From positions 136,054 through 200,053 of the forward strand of contig JADJVX010000011.1 of the NCBI GenBank assembly GCA_016710385.1: a stretch of DNA of 64,000 nucleotides, read 5' to 3'. Under the pieces are notes generated by a model, which saw nothing but the letters and a program-made list of their open reading frames with translations, was not told the origin of the DNA and did no database searches. Made by a program: the position numbers and the translations under genes. Source of the DNA: Actinomycetales bacterium (lineage in GTDB: Bacteria; Actinomycetota; Actinomycetes; Actinomycetales; Dermatophilaceae). The number at the start of each line of letters is the position of its first letter. The first letter of the stretch is position 1. Positions 29,972 through 40,000 of the stretch are shown piece after piece.

Positions 29972-30010
29972 GCGTCGGGAACACTCGGCCGCCCTCGGTA
30001 CCCTTGCCCG

Positions 30011-31537
30011 GTGACCACCCTTTCCACCACCGAGCCCACGAGCGCGCCCGACGGCGCCGACGCTGCCGACGATCTGCCCGAGCAGGTGCGGATCCGGCGC
30101 GAGAAGCGGGCCCGGCTCATCGAGAGCGGTCACCAGGCATTCCCCGTGTGGATCGAGCGCACGCATACGCTGGCCGACATCCGCGAGCAGTGGGGCCACC
30201 TCGCCGCCGGTGACGAGACCGAAGCCCTCGTGCGGACTGCCGGGCGGGTCATGTACGTCCGCAACACCGGCAAGCTGTGCTTCGCGACCCTCCAGGAGGG
30301 CATCGGCACCCGGCTGCAGGTCATGCTCAGCCTCGCCGAGGTCGGGGAGGCGGCCCTCGCCGACTGGAAGGCGCTGGTCGACCTCGGTGACCACGTCGCC
30401 GTGGAGGGGAGGGTCATCTCGAGCAAACGCGGTGAGTTGTCGATCATGGTGAGCTCCTGGCAGATGGCGGCCAAGGCGCTGCGCCCGCTGCCGACATTGC
30501 ACAAAGAGCTCTCCGAGGAGACCAGGGTCCGGCAGCGCTACGCCGACCTGGTCGTGCGCCAAGAGGCCCGTGACATGGTGCGCACCCGGGCCCGAGCCAC
30601 CCGGGCGCTGCGTGAGGTGCTGCACGAGCAGGGCTATCTCGAGGTCGAGACCCCGGTGCTGCAGCTCATCCACGGTGGCGCGGCGGCTCGACCGTTCACG
30701 ACCCACCTCAACGCGTTCGACCAGAAGATGACGTTGCGCATCGCCCTGGAGCTCAATCTCAAGAAGGCCGTCGTCGGCGGCATCGATCGGGTCTACGAGC
30801 TGGGGCGGATCTTCCGCAACGAGGGCATCGACGCGACCCATTCGGCCGAGTTCACCATGCTCGAGGCCTACCAGGCCTACGGCGACCAGACGACCATCGC
30901 CCGGCTCATCCAGGACCTCTACGTCGGCGTCGCCGAGGCACTCGACCGGCGGGTGGTGCAGACCCCGCGCGGCGAGGTCGACCTCGGGGGGGAATGGCGC
31001 TGGCTGTCGGTGTATCCCGCGGTCAGTGACGCCGTTGGCGAAGAGGTCACGCCCGAAACGCCGGTGGAGACACTGCGCCGGTATGCCGTGGCCCGTGACG
31101 TCGAGCTCGACCCGGCCTGGGGCGCCGACAAGGTCGTCCTGGAACTACTCTCCGAACTCGTCGAGCCGCACCTGCTGCAGCCGACCTTCCTGTGTGACTA
31201 CCCGGCGATTGCCCAGCCGTTGGCCCGGCCGCACCGCGAGCGGCCGGGGCTCATCGAGGCATGGGACCTCATCATTGCCGGCGTGGAGCGTGGCACCGGC
31301 TTCTCGGAGTTGATCGACCCGATCATCCAGCGTGAGGTGCTCACCGCGCAGTCCTTGCTCGCCGCCGGCGGAGACCCCGAGGCGATGCAGCTGGACGAGG
31401 ACTTCCTGCGGGCGCTGGAATACGGCGCGCCGCCCATGGGCGGGTTGGGTCTGGGTATCGATCGCCTGGTCATGCTGTTCACCGGGGCCAATATCCGCGA
31501 GACGATCCTCTTCCCGTTGCTCAAACCCGAGGACTGA
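30011..31537 (+). CDS. lysS: Lysine--tRNA ligase (class II)
   Basis: GTG 30011 within ORF 29963..31537. OB-fold N-terminus. Class II motifs FRNEGID.THSAEFT and GLGLGIDRLVM. Confidence 0.95.
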   Translation: MTTLSTTEPTSAPDGADAADDLPEQVRIRREKRARLIESGHQAFPVWIERTHTLADIREQWGHLAAGDETEALVRTAGRVMYVRNTGKLCFATLQEGIGTRLQVMLSLAEVGEAALADWKALVDLGDHVAVEGRVISSKRGELSIMVSSWQMAAKALRPLPTLHKELSEETRVRQRYADLVVRQEARDMVRTRARATRALREVLHEQGYLEVETPVLQLIHGGAAARPFTTHLNAFDQKMTLRIALELNLKKAVVGGIDRVYELGRIFRNEGIDATHSAEFTMLEAYQAYGDQTTIARLIQDLYVGVAEALDRRVVQTPRGEVDLGGEWRWLSVYPAVSDAVGEEVTPETPVETLRRYAVARDVELDPAWGADKVVLELLSELVEPHLLQPTFLCDYPAIAQPLARPHRERPGLIEAWDLIIAGVERGTGFSELIDPIIQREVLTAQSLLAAGGDPEAMQLDEDFLRALEYGAPPMGGLGLGIDRLVMLFTGANIRETILFPLLKPED

Positions 31538-31540
31538 CCC

Positions 31541-31741
31541 ATGTGGGATGCCATCTATCCGTATGTCGCCGCGCTGGTCCCGACCATCGGGTTGCTGATC
31601 ATCGCTTACGTCGTCTTCAAGACGATCTTCGAAGCCGACCGCAAGGAGCGCATCGCGCAGGCGCAATGGGAACGGGATCAGGACCGGGAGCGGGCGCGCG
31701 AGCGAGCGGCCTCGCCGGACTCGGACCCGATGTCGGACTGA
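31541..31741 (+). CDS. Small membrane protein (hypothetical)
   Basis: 66-aa ORF starting 4 nt after lysS. One TM helix (YVAALVPTIGLLIIAYVVF), then a charged tail. Confidence 0.45.
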   Translation: MWDAIYPYVAALVPTIGLLIIAYVVFKTIFEADRKERIAQAQWERDQDRERARERAASPDSDPMSD

Positions 31742-32029
31742 CCGCCGGGTGATCATCGCGGCCGGCCGCGCATTTGAAGACCGGGGGCAGGATCGAGCAG
31801 CGGTGGAATGTCCGAAGTGCCCCACCCTCGCAGGTTAAGTTCTTTTAACGTCGACCATCCGACGTGATCTCTGGATGTGTTTACCCGGATCAACTGACCG
31901 TGTTATGGTAAGCATCGGCCTAGGGCAGTTTGATCGATTCGGTCACGCAGTCCGACCATGGTGTGCGGGTCATATAGCACACATCAGCAGTGCCATCCAC
32001 AGTTACACACACGAATGGAGTCCACTTCA

Positions 32030-32359
32030 GTGGCAAAACGCACAGTGGTCGTTCTTGAGGACGACCTCGACGGCGGCCCCGCCGACGAGACCGTGACCTT
32101 CTCCCTTGACGGGGCGACCTACGAGATTGACCTCTCCAAGGCCAATGCAGACCGGTTGCGCGATTCGCTCTCGGCCTGGATCGGTGCAGCGGAGAAGGTG
32201 AGTGGTCGGCGCTCGACCAAGCGTCGCGCTTCTGCCGCGCCGCGTCGCGGCAACGGTGCTGTGGTCCGTGAGTGGGCCCGCGCCAACGGTTTCGAGGTGA
32301 GCGACCGGGGACGCGTCTCCGCCGCGATCCAGGAGGCCTACGACAAGGCTCACAGCTGA
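32030..32359 (+). CDS. lsr2: Nucleoid-associated protein Lsr2
   Basis: (M)AKRTVVVLEDDLDGGPADETVTFSLDGATYEIDLS N-terminal dimerisation domain. C-terminal AT-hook-like VREWARANGFEVSDRGRVS. GTG 32030 lies 9 nt after GGAG, and an in-frame ATG at 32015 is the alternative start. Confidence 0.9.
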   Translation: MAKRTVVVLEDDLDGGPADETVTFSLDGATYEIDLSKANADRLRDSLSAWIGAAEKVSGRRSTKRRASAAPRRGNGAVVREWARANGFEVSDRGRVSAAIQEAYDKAHS

Positions 32360-32439
32360 TCGAGTCAGCGACCGGCAGCTGCCGGACACTTCAGCGGCCG
32401 TCGTCCCCAACCGGGACGGCGGCCGCTTGGTATGCCGTG

Positions 32440-33333
32440 TCACTCCAAGAGTGCGGCCGCGAGGTCGCCGTGCCGTTGGACGCGGTCGAGGACATCGTCG
32501 GCGAGCACCTGGGTCAGGCCCTCGGGTGCCGCAGCGCCGCGTTCGAGTTCCTCCCACGTGCGCGGAGTCGCCGCAAATGGGGCGCCCTTGCCGCGCAAGG
32601 AATACGGACTGATCGTCGTCTTTGCCGCGGCGTTCTGGCTCCAGTCGACGAAGACTTTGCCCGGCCGTAGCGCTGTCGCCATCTTCCAGACAACCACGTC
32701 GGGAAACTCTTCGGTCAATTCCTGGGCCAGTTGTTGGGCCAGCGCGCTGAGTTCGTCGCTGCTCTGCGTACGTGGCACGACGGCATACACCTGGAGGCCT
32801 TTCGAACCACTGGTGACCGGCACGGGTGATAGCCCGATCCCGGTGAGCCGTTCGCGCACCCGCAGTGCGACGAGCGAGCATTGCTGCAAACCCGCGCCAG
32901 GTCCCGGATCGAGGTCGATGACCAGCCGATCGGGCGGCAGCGGCCGATCGTCGTCATCGACCTTCCATTGCGGGACGTGGAGTTCCAGAGACGCGAGATT
33001 CGCCAGATAGGTGAGGGTGTCGACGCCGGTGATGAGCGGATAGGTGATCGTGTCGCTGCTGTGGGTGAGCGTCACCCGAGGCAGCCATGATGGTGCTCCG
33101 GACGGCAGGTTCTTCTCGAAAAAGCTCATTCCGCCGGTCCCATGGGGGAATCTCACCCGAGTCACCGGCCGTAGCGCGACGTGCGGCAACAGCACCGGTG
33201 CGATCCGCGCGTAGTAGTTCAAGACCTCGCCCTTGGTCGTCTCCGTGTCGGGATAGAGGACCTTGTCGAGATTGCTCACGACCAGACGCCGGCCGGCTAC
33301 CTCCACGGTGACCTTGGCTGCGGACTCAGCCAT
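32440..33333 (-). CDS. ligD: NHEJ DNA polymerase/primase (LigD polymerase domain as a separate gene)
   Basis: ATG 33333 (MAESAAKVTVEVAGRRLVVSNLDKVLYP). LVIDLDP, SGSKGLQVY and KVFVDWSQN blocks of the LigD-Pol/AEP family. Confidence 0.85.
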   Translation of the reverse strand: MAESAAKVTVEVAGRRLVVSNLDKVLYPDTETTKGEVLNYYARIAPVLLPHVALRPVTRVRFPHGTGGMSFFEKNLPSGAPSWLPRVTLTHSSDTITYPLITGVDTLTYLANLASLELHVPQWKVDDDDRPLPPDRLVIDLDPGPGAGLQQCSLVALRVRERLTGIGLSPVPVTSGSKGLQVYAVVPRTQSSDELSALAQQLAQELTEEFPDVVVWKMATALRPGKVFVDWSQNAAAKTTISPYSLRGKGAPFAATPRTWEELERGAAAPEGLTQVLADDVLDRVQRHGDLAAALLE

Positions 33334-34315
33334 CGTCGTCCTGCGCATCGTGGGGCTGGTCCGCGCCCGGGAGGTCCGCCGCGGTGAGGTCCGGTCGCAA
33401 CCGCTGGTATGCCGGCTGGCGCAGTCGCCCGGAGGTGGTGAGTCCCAGCGACTGGACATCGCAGACCAGGGCCGGCTGCACCCAGCGGGCGCCGGTGGCG
33501 TCCTCGGCAGGCACCTCCGGCCCGGCCGGTGGCCCGACGAAGGGAGAACTGCTGCGTGCCAGCGGTCGCAATGTGGCCAGCAGTGTCGTGGCTGACGACC
33601 CGGCAATTCCTGACCCGACTCGCCCCCGGTAGTGCAGACCCCCGGCGCCAGGCACGCCGACGAGCACAGCCCCGACCCGATCGGTGCGGTCGGTTTCGGG
33701 ACGCCAGCCGCCGATGATGACCGACCGGGTGGCCCGGTGCGGCAGTTTGCGCCAGTCATCACTGCGCTGACCCACGGCATACCGGCTGGTGCGTCGCTTG
33801 CTGACGATGCCCTCGAGGCCCTGCTCCAGGGTGGCCGACCATAATGCCGCGCCGTCGTCGAAGGTGCGGGGCACCTGCCAATGCGGGTCGGGGACACCGT
33901 CGGGCAGATCGAGGCGCTCGAGGGTCTGGCGCCGCTCGGTCCAGGTGCGGCCGGTGAGGTCGACGCCGAACAGCCGCACGATGTCGAACACCATGAAGGT
34001 CACCGGAGCGACGGCGGCGAGCGCGGCCGCACGAGCGGGCTGGGTGACGTGGATGCGTTCGGCCAGCGCGCCGAAGGACGGGCGCCCGTCGACGAGCAGG
34101 ACGATCTCGCCATCCAGGAGCAGGTCAGGATAGAGCGTGGCCAGGCCGGAGAGTTCGGGGAAGGCGACCGTGACATCGCGCTCGGTGCGGCTGGTCAGCC
34201 GCAGTCGACCCTCGCATACATCGGCGAGAACCCGCATGCCGTCCCACTTGACCTCGTGCACCCACTCGGGTCCGCGGGGGACCTGGCGGGTGGCCGTGGC
34301 GAGCATCGGGCGCAT
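33326..34315 (-). CDS. ATP-dependent DNA ligase (LigD ligase-domain-like)
   Basis: Adenylation motif I EVKWDGMR, DGEIV, EGIVSKR, and OB domain. The stop overlaps the polymerase-gene start by 8 nt. Confidence 0.85.
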   Translation of the reverse strand: MRPMLATATRQVPRGPEWVHEVKWDGMRVLADVCEGRLRLTSRTERDVTVAFPELSGLATLYPDLLLDGEIVLLVDGRPSFGALAERIHVTQPARAAALAAVAPVTFMVFDIVRLFGVDLTGRTWTERRQTLERLDLPDGVPDPHWQVPRTFDDGAALWSATLEQGLEGIVSKRRTSRYAVGQRSDDWRKLPHRATRSVIIGGWRPETDRTDRVGAVLVGVPGAGGLHYRGRVGSGIAGSSATTLLATLRPLARSSSPFVGPPAGPEVPAEDATGARWVQPALVCDVQSLGLTTSGRLRQPAYQRLRPDLTAADLPGADQPHDAQDDDG

Positions 34316-34353
34316 GGGGGTGGGGGCGGGCTCGGCGGTCGGCGGGTTGACGG

Positions 34354-34839
34354 CTAGAGGATCGCGGTGAGGATGGCCCGGCCGTTCTTCGCGGCCCGGC
34401 GATAGAATTTGCGCAGTTCGCGATAGCGCGGCCGGAGGAACTCCTCGAAGACTGCGTGGTCGAGCCAGAACCCGGGATAGATGTCGGCGGCGAGCATGGA
34501 GTCCGGGTCGTAGCGAGCGGCCAGGTCGTCGGCGCTCAGGTTGCGCAATGCGTCGGCGATCCGCTTGACCGTGCGTCCGTCCAGCAGATGGGCCGGGCCG
34601 TTGCCCAGATTGTGCCCGATCGGTTCACCACCGAAGATCGCTTGCCCCGCAGGGCTTTCGGCGTCGTATGCCGTGCCGGTCAGCAGCCAGTGGATGCCAT
34701 GCCAGGCCGTGTCGAGATCCACGGCCAGCTTGGGACTGGGAGGTTCGTCCTCCAGGAGGTCGACCACCACCTTGGAGTTCGCGCTCACCGCGGCCAGTTC
34801 CTCGGGCTCGAGGGCACGGGCCGTCCAGGTCATCACCAT
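34354..34839 (-). CDS. DUF1877 (YfbM-like) family protein
   Basis: ATG 34839 (MVMTWTARALEPEEL..). WHGIHWLLTG motif. The rest of track ORF 34354..36027 is antisense to ku. Confidence 0.6.
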   Translation of the reverse strand: MVMTWTARALEPEELAAVSANSKVVVDLLEDEPPSPKLAVDLDTAWHGIHWLLTGTAYDAESPAGQAIFGGEPIGHNLGNGPAHLLDGRTVKRIADALRNLSADDLAARYDPDSMLAADIYPGFWLDHAVFEEFLRPRYRELRKFYRRAAKNGRAILTAIL

Positions 34840-34950
34840 GGCAGTGAGTATGCCGTGCGCGCCCCGGATATTCCTGGGCGTGTTGTGTCGCGCTGTGCCG
34901 TGGGTCATGCTGGACGGGTTTGGTGACCAGTGCGACGGATGGGGCCGAGG

Positions 34951-35889
34951 ATGCGAGCCATGTGGAAGGGTGCGGTGTCCTTCGGGCTGGTCAACGTGCC
35001 GGTCAAGCTGTATTCCGCGACCGAGAACCACGACATCTCCTTCCGGCAGGTGCATCGGGTCGATGCCGGGCAGATCCGCTACAAGCGCACCTGCAGTGTG
35101 TGCGGTGAGGTAGTGCCATACGAGGATGTCGCCAAGGGGTATGAAACGGAGGACGGCCGGATGGTCGTGCTCACCGATGAGGACCTGGCCAGCCTGCCCA
35201 ATCAGTCGAGCAAGGAAGTGTCGGTCACCAAGTTCGTGCCGGCCGACCAGGTCGATCCGATGCTCTTCGACAAGGCCTACTACCTCGAGCCGGAGAAGGC
35301 CGCAGTCAAGGCCTATGCGTTGCTGCGCGACGCCCTGCAGAGCGCCGAGCGGGTCGCGTTGGTCACCGTGTCGATCCGCACCCGCATGACGATGGCATTG
35401 CTGCGCGTGCACGACGGGGTCATCGTGCTGCAGACCTTGATGTGGCCGGACGAGATCCGCAGCGCCTCCCTGGTCGACGTCGGCGGCGACGTCCACGCGA
35501 CCGAGCGTGAGTTGGCCATGGCCAACATGCTCGTCGATTCGCTCTCCGGGGACTACGACCCGAGCGAGCTCGAGGACGACTACGCCGCTGCGGTGCAGGC
35601 GCTCGTCGCGTCCAAGCTCGAGGGGGGTGACGTGGCTGCGGCCCCGGCCGAGGTCGAGGGCGGCGGCGAGGTCGTCGACCTGCTGGAGGCGCTGGCCCGT
35701 TCGGTCGACCGGGCCAAGGCGGCTCGCGGCGAGCCGGTAGCCCCCGCCTCTGATGGCGGCGCCACGACGACCGGTGCCGCTGCCAAGGCGACAACCAAGG
35801 CGACAACCAAGCCGACAACCAAGGCGACGACCAAGGCGACGACCAAGTCCGCCGCCAAGCCGGCCGAACCGAAACGTCAGGCCGGCTGA
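34951..35889 (+). CDS. ku: NHEJ protein Ku
   Basis: ATG 34951 follows GAGG. MRAMWKGAVSFGLVNVPVKLYSAT is the canonical Ku start. Lys-rich tail (KATT/KPTT x5, encoded by a 12-bp repeat at 35785-35844). Confidence 0.9.
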   Translation: MRAMWKGAVSFGLVNVPVKLYSATENHDISFRQVHRVDAGQIRYKRTCSVCGEVVPYEDVAKGYETEDGRMVVLTDEDLASLPNQSSKEVSVTKFVPADQVDPMLFDKAYYLEPEKAAVKAYALLRDALQSAERVALVTVSIRTRMTMALLRVHDGVIVLQTLMWPDEIRSASLVDVGGDVHATERELAMANMLVDSLSGDYDPSELEDDYAAAVQALVASKLEGGDVAAAPAEVEGGGEVVDLLEALARSVDRAKAARGEPVAPASDGGATTTGAAAKATTKATTKPTTKATTKATTKSAAKPAEPKRQAG

Positions 35890-35893
35890 GCCG

Positions 35894-36799
35894 ATGCCCG
35901 AGGGCCACACCCTGCACCGGCTGGCAGGGTCGCTCAACGGTGCGTTCGCCGGCACCCGACCCGCGGTGAGCAGTCCGCAGGGTCGTTTCGTCGAGGGGGC
36001 CGCCTGGCTGGACGGGCACACCTTCATCGAGGCCGCGGCATGGGGGAAGCATCTCTTCGCGGAGTTTTCCGGGGACCGTTACCTACACGTCCACCTCGGG
36101 CTCATCGGGTCCTTCGACGTCACGGCATACGCGCCCGAGGCGGCGCTCGACGGCAGCGACGACACGGCATACCCGATCCCACCCGCGGTCGGTGCGGTGC
36201 GTCTGCGGCTGCTCACCGCGCGTCATGTCGCCGACTTGCGCGGCGCCACGCTGTGTCGCACTGCGACCCCCGAGGAGGTCGACGCGGTCATCGCGCGGCT
36301 CGGGCCTGACCCGCTGCGACCGGACGCCGATCCGGAACGCGCGTGGCGCCGGATCAGCACGAGCAACCGCACCATCGCCGACCTGCTCATGGACCAGTCG
36401 ATCCTCGCGGGGGTCGGCAACGTCTATCGCGCGGAGGTGCTCTTTCGGCACCGGATCGACCCCTTCCGGCCGGGGCGAGAGCTGCGCCGGCGCAGCTTCG
36501 AGAGCATCTGGGCCGACCTGGTCCAGCTGCTGCCCATCGGGGTGGCCTTGGGCCAAATCATCACGATGGCCGATCAGGTCGCTGACGCGCTCGCCGGCGA
36601 CTACGACCCCGCCCTGGTGCCGACCTCACCGACGGGGGTGTCGGCCTGGCGGCCCAACCCGCACGGCACGCTGGAACGGCGTTACTACGTCTACAAGCGC
36701 GACGGTATGCCGTGTCGCCAGTGCGGCTCTCGGGTGCGGACTGCTGTGGTGGCCGGCCGCAACCTCTTCTGGTGCGGACGGTGCCAGCGCCGTCGTTGA
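35894..36799 (+). CDS. nei: Fpg/Nei-family DNA glycosylase (endonuclease VIII-like)
   Basis: MPEGHTLHR N-terminal catalytic Pro. H2TH GVGNVYRAEVLF. C-terminal zinc finger CRQCG..FWCGRCQ. Confidence 0.85.
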   Translation: MPEGHTLHRLAGSLNGAFAGTRPAVSSPQGRFVEGAAWLDGHTFIEAAAWGKHLFAEFSGDRYLHVHLGLIGSFDVTAYAPEAALDGSDDTAYPIPPAVGAVRLRLLTARHVADLRGATLCRTATPEEVDAVIARLGPDPLRPDADPERAWRRISTSNRTIADLLMDQSILAGVGNVYRAEVLFRHRIDPFRPGRELRRRSFESIWADLVQLLPIGVALGQIITMADQVADALAGDYDPALVPTSPTGVSAWRPNPHGTLERRYYVYKRDGMPCRQCGSRVRTAVVAGRNLFWCGRCQRRR

Positions 36800-37032
36800 C
36801 GCGAAGGTTATGCAGATCAGATGTCATGAATCTGGGTCTACTCCGTCATACACCTGTCAGCATGCCCATCCCCCTGGCAGGAGCTCCGATGCGCGCCGAC
36901 CGCTCACCACGATCTAAGGGTGACCGGACAGCCGACCATGCCAGGACAAAACGCCTGTACTATGACAACGAGGCTGGGGGGCCAGCCGGGCACCACATTT
37001 CCCTCCATGTGCTGCGCAACAAAGGACATCTC

Positions 37033-40000
37033 ATGACGTTGACCCCGCATTTCGCCATGGCTGCCGGGGCGCGTGCGTCCAGCGCCGAGTCGCGTCCATC
37101 CCCACAGCGACGGCTGACCTCCCTGGTCATCGCATGCGTGCTGGCGTTCATGTCCATCGGTCTGCCGGTGGTACTACCGCCATCGACAGGCTTGCTGCCC
37201 GAGGCCGCGGCGGCGCTCACGACCGCGAACTGCAACATGGGCAGCATGGGTATCAACGGGGCCACCCCGTCGACGGTGTGCTGGCTGCAGACCGGAGGAT
37301 GGACCAAGCCGGCCAAGGGCGCCACGGCGACGACGACGAACCTCACGGCGACGGTCGGGGACTTCAAGTTCACCTACGACGTTGCCGTCTTCTACCACGC
37401 CAATTCATCGACACAGGCAGGGTCGGCAGCGGGCCCGACCTGGGCGTCGGCGGCCTTCGGCAGTGCCAGCTACGGCCCAAGTGCCACCACTCCTACGAGC
37501 TACATCTACGTGACCAACACCGCCCTCGGCATCGTCGAAGCGATGACGATGCGCGTCTCCAACGTCCGGGTCATCAACACGGCGACGAACGCTGTCGTGC
37601 CCTACGGCACCTGGAAGCTGGTCTTCGCGGACGCCGAATCCACCAACAGCAACAGCGCAACCACCCCGAACGAAAGCATCAAGTTCACTGCGAGCAATGC
37701 GATCTCCAACTTCGCGGCAGGCCTGACCACGGACTACATGAAGGGCGGCGGCACGACGGGCACGACTCTCGCCTGCCCCATGCCCACCTGGGGTGGAACG
37801 ACCGTGACCTGCACCGCCACGAGCAACAACAACGGCGTCATCATCGGTTCGACCACCCCGACCAGCGCCGCCGACTGGGGCCAAATCGGTGTCAACACCC
37901 TGAACTCCAAGCAGGCCGCTGCCTTCGGTTTCTCCATCTCCAGCGTTCAGCTGAAGAAGTCTGTCGCCTCTCGGGTGCTGCCGACGGACGACTTCAAGGT
38001 CACGATTGCCGACTCCGCCGGCACGACGGTCGGCAGCGCGAGCACCGGCACGACGACCTCGGCCGATACCACCGCCTATGCCGTGGTCCCTGGCACCTAC
38101 ACCCTGAGTGAGACGGCCAACTCGGGCTCGCTCTCTGAATACACCCAGGCCTGGAGCTGCGTGGACAACGCAGGCTTCGCGGCCCCGGCGGCGCCCTCGG
38201 GCACGTCAGGCACCGTGACGGTGCAACAGGGTTCGGCCATCGTCTGCACCGTGACCAACACCCGCAAGCCAGTCGACCTGCGTTTGACGAAGTCATCGCC
38301 AGCACCGGCGCTGTCGCCGGGGGTGGCGTCCGCCTACACGCTGAATGTCACGAACAACGGCGGTTCGACCGCGACGAACGCGGTCATCGTCGACCAACTG
38401 CCGGCCAATATCGCCTACACCTCCTCGTCGGGCACGGACTGGAGCTGTTCGGCCAGTGGCACGGTCGCAGCTGGGCAGCTCGTCACGTGCACCTACACCG
38501 GGTTGATCGCGCCCTCCGCGGCGGCTCCCGCGCTCACCATCACTGTCACTCCTGCGGACGCTGCCGGAGGCACGACCGTGACCAACAAGGCGGCGGTCAC
38601 CCCGACTGGGGGAACGACTGCCCCGACGGCGGCCGTCGTGCAGGCCTGCACCGGCTCGGCCACTCCCACGACGGGGTGTGCCACGTCGACGTCGACTGTC
38701 GCCACCAAGGCTGACATCGCCGTCACCAAGTCCGACTCCACGGGTTCCGTGGACGCCGGTGGGACGACTACGTATACCGTCACCGTCACCAACAACGGCC
38801 CCAACGCGGTGAGCAATGTGGTTGTCACCGACCCCGCAGTGAGTGGGCTGACCAAGACCACCATCGCCTGCGGGGCGGGATGCACGACGGCTCCGACGAA
38901 GACCCAACTCGAGGGAGCGGGCTACACGATTTCCTCGTTGGCCTCCGGTGCGAGCTTCACATTCACCGTGGGCGTAACGGTGACCGCGACGTCGGGAACC
39001 GTCGCCAACGCGGCGACGGCGACCCCGCCGGCCGGGACGATCGACGCAGCCGGCAACAACGCGGCCACCGACACCAACACGGTGACACCTGTCTCCGACT
39101 TGGCGGTCACCAAGACCGACAACGCGACCACGGTCGACGCGGGCGCCACGACCACCTACACCGTCCAGGTGACCAACAACGGCCCCTCGGCGGTCACCGG
39201 CGCGATCCTCACCGACCCGGCCGCGACGGGTCTGACCAAGACCGCGGTTGCGTGCGGGACGGGCTGCGCCACTGCTCCCTCGATCGCTGACCTCGAGACG
39301 GGTTACGCCCTGCCGACACTCGCCTCGGGTGCTTCGTATGCCGTGCAGGTGACGGTGCACGTTGACGCCACGAGCGGCTCGGTCACGAACGTCGCCACTG
39401 TGGCCCCGCCCGCCGGGACTCTGGACAAGGTTGTCACGAACGATTCCGCGGCCGACACGGACACGGTCGCCCCGGTTGCCGACGTGTCGGTGACCAAGGA
39501 CGACGGCGTGACCCAGGTCAACAAGAACGAATCACACACCTACACGATCACGGTCCACAACGCGGGCCCGTCGACGGCCACCGGCTTCGTGCTCACCGAC
39601 CCGGCGGCAACCGGTCTGACCAAGACGGCTGTGGCCTGCGTGACGGGGTGCGCGACGGCTCCGACGATCGCGCAGCTCGAAGGTGCAGGTTACGTGATAC
39701 CGGATCTAGCATCCGGCAGCGACTTCGTCATCACAGTCACCGCGACGGTCACCCAGTCGCAGGGTTCGGTGACAAACACCGCCGTCGCCACGGCTCCGGC
39801 CGGGGTCAAGGACCCTGACACCGCCAACAACACCGGCAGTGACACCGACAATCTGGTTCCGCTGGCCGACCTGACGGTGACCAAGACCGACGGCGTCGCA
39901 GGGGCCAAGCCGGGCGACACCGTGACGTACACGGTCACGGTCAGCAATCCGTCGGGTCTGTCGACCGCCGCCAACGTCGTCATCACGGACCCGGCCGTGG

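Noticed and set aside
36712-37032. Upstream extension of the surface-protein ORF to 36712
   Set aside because: It overlaps the end of nei (stop at 36799) and then runs through a low-GC spacer. ATG 37033, with an AAAGGA Shine-Dalgarno and a following signal peptide, is the credible start.
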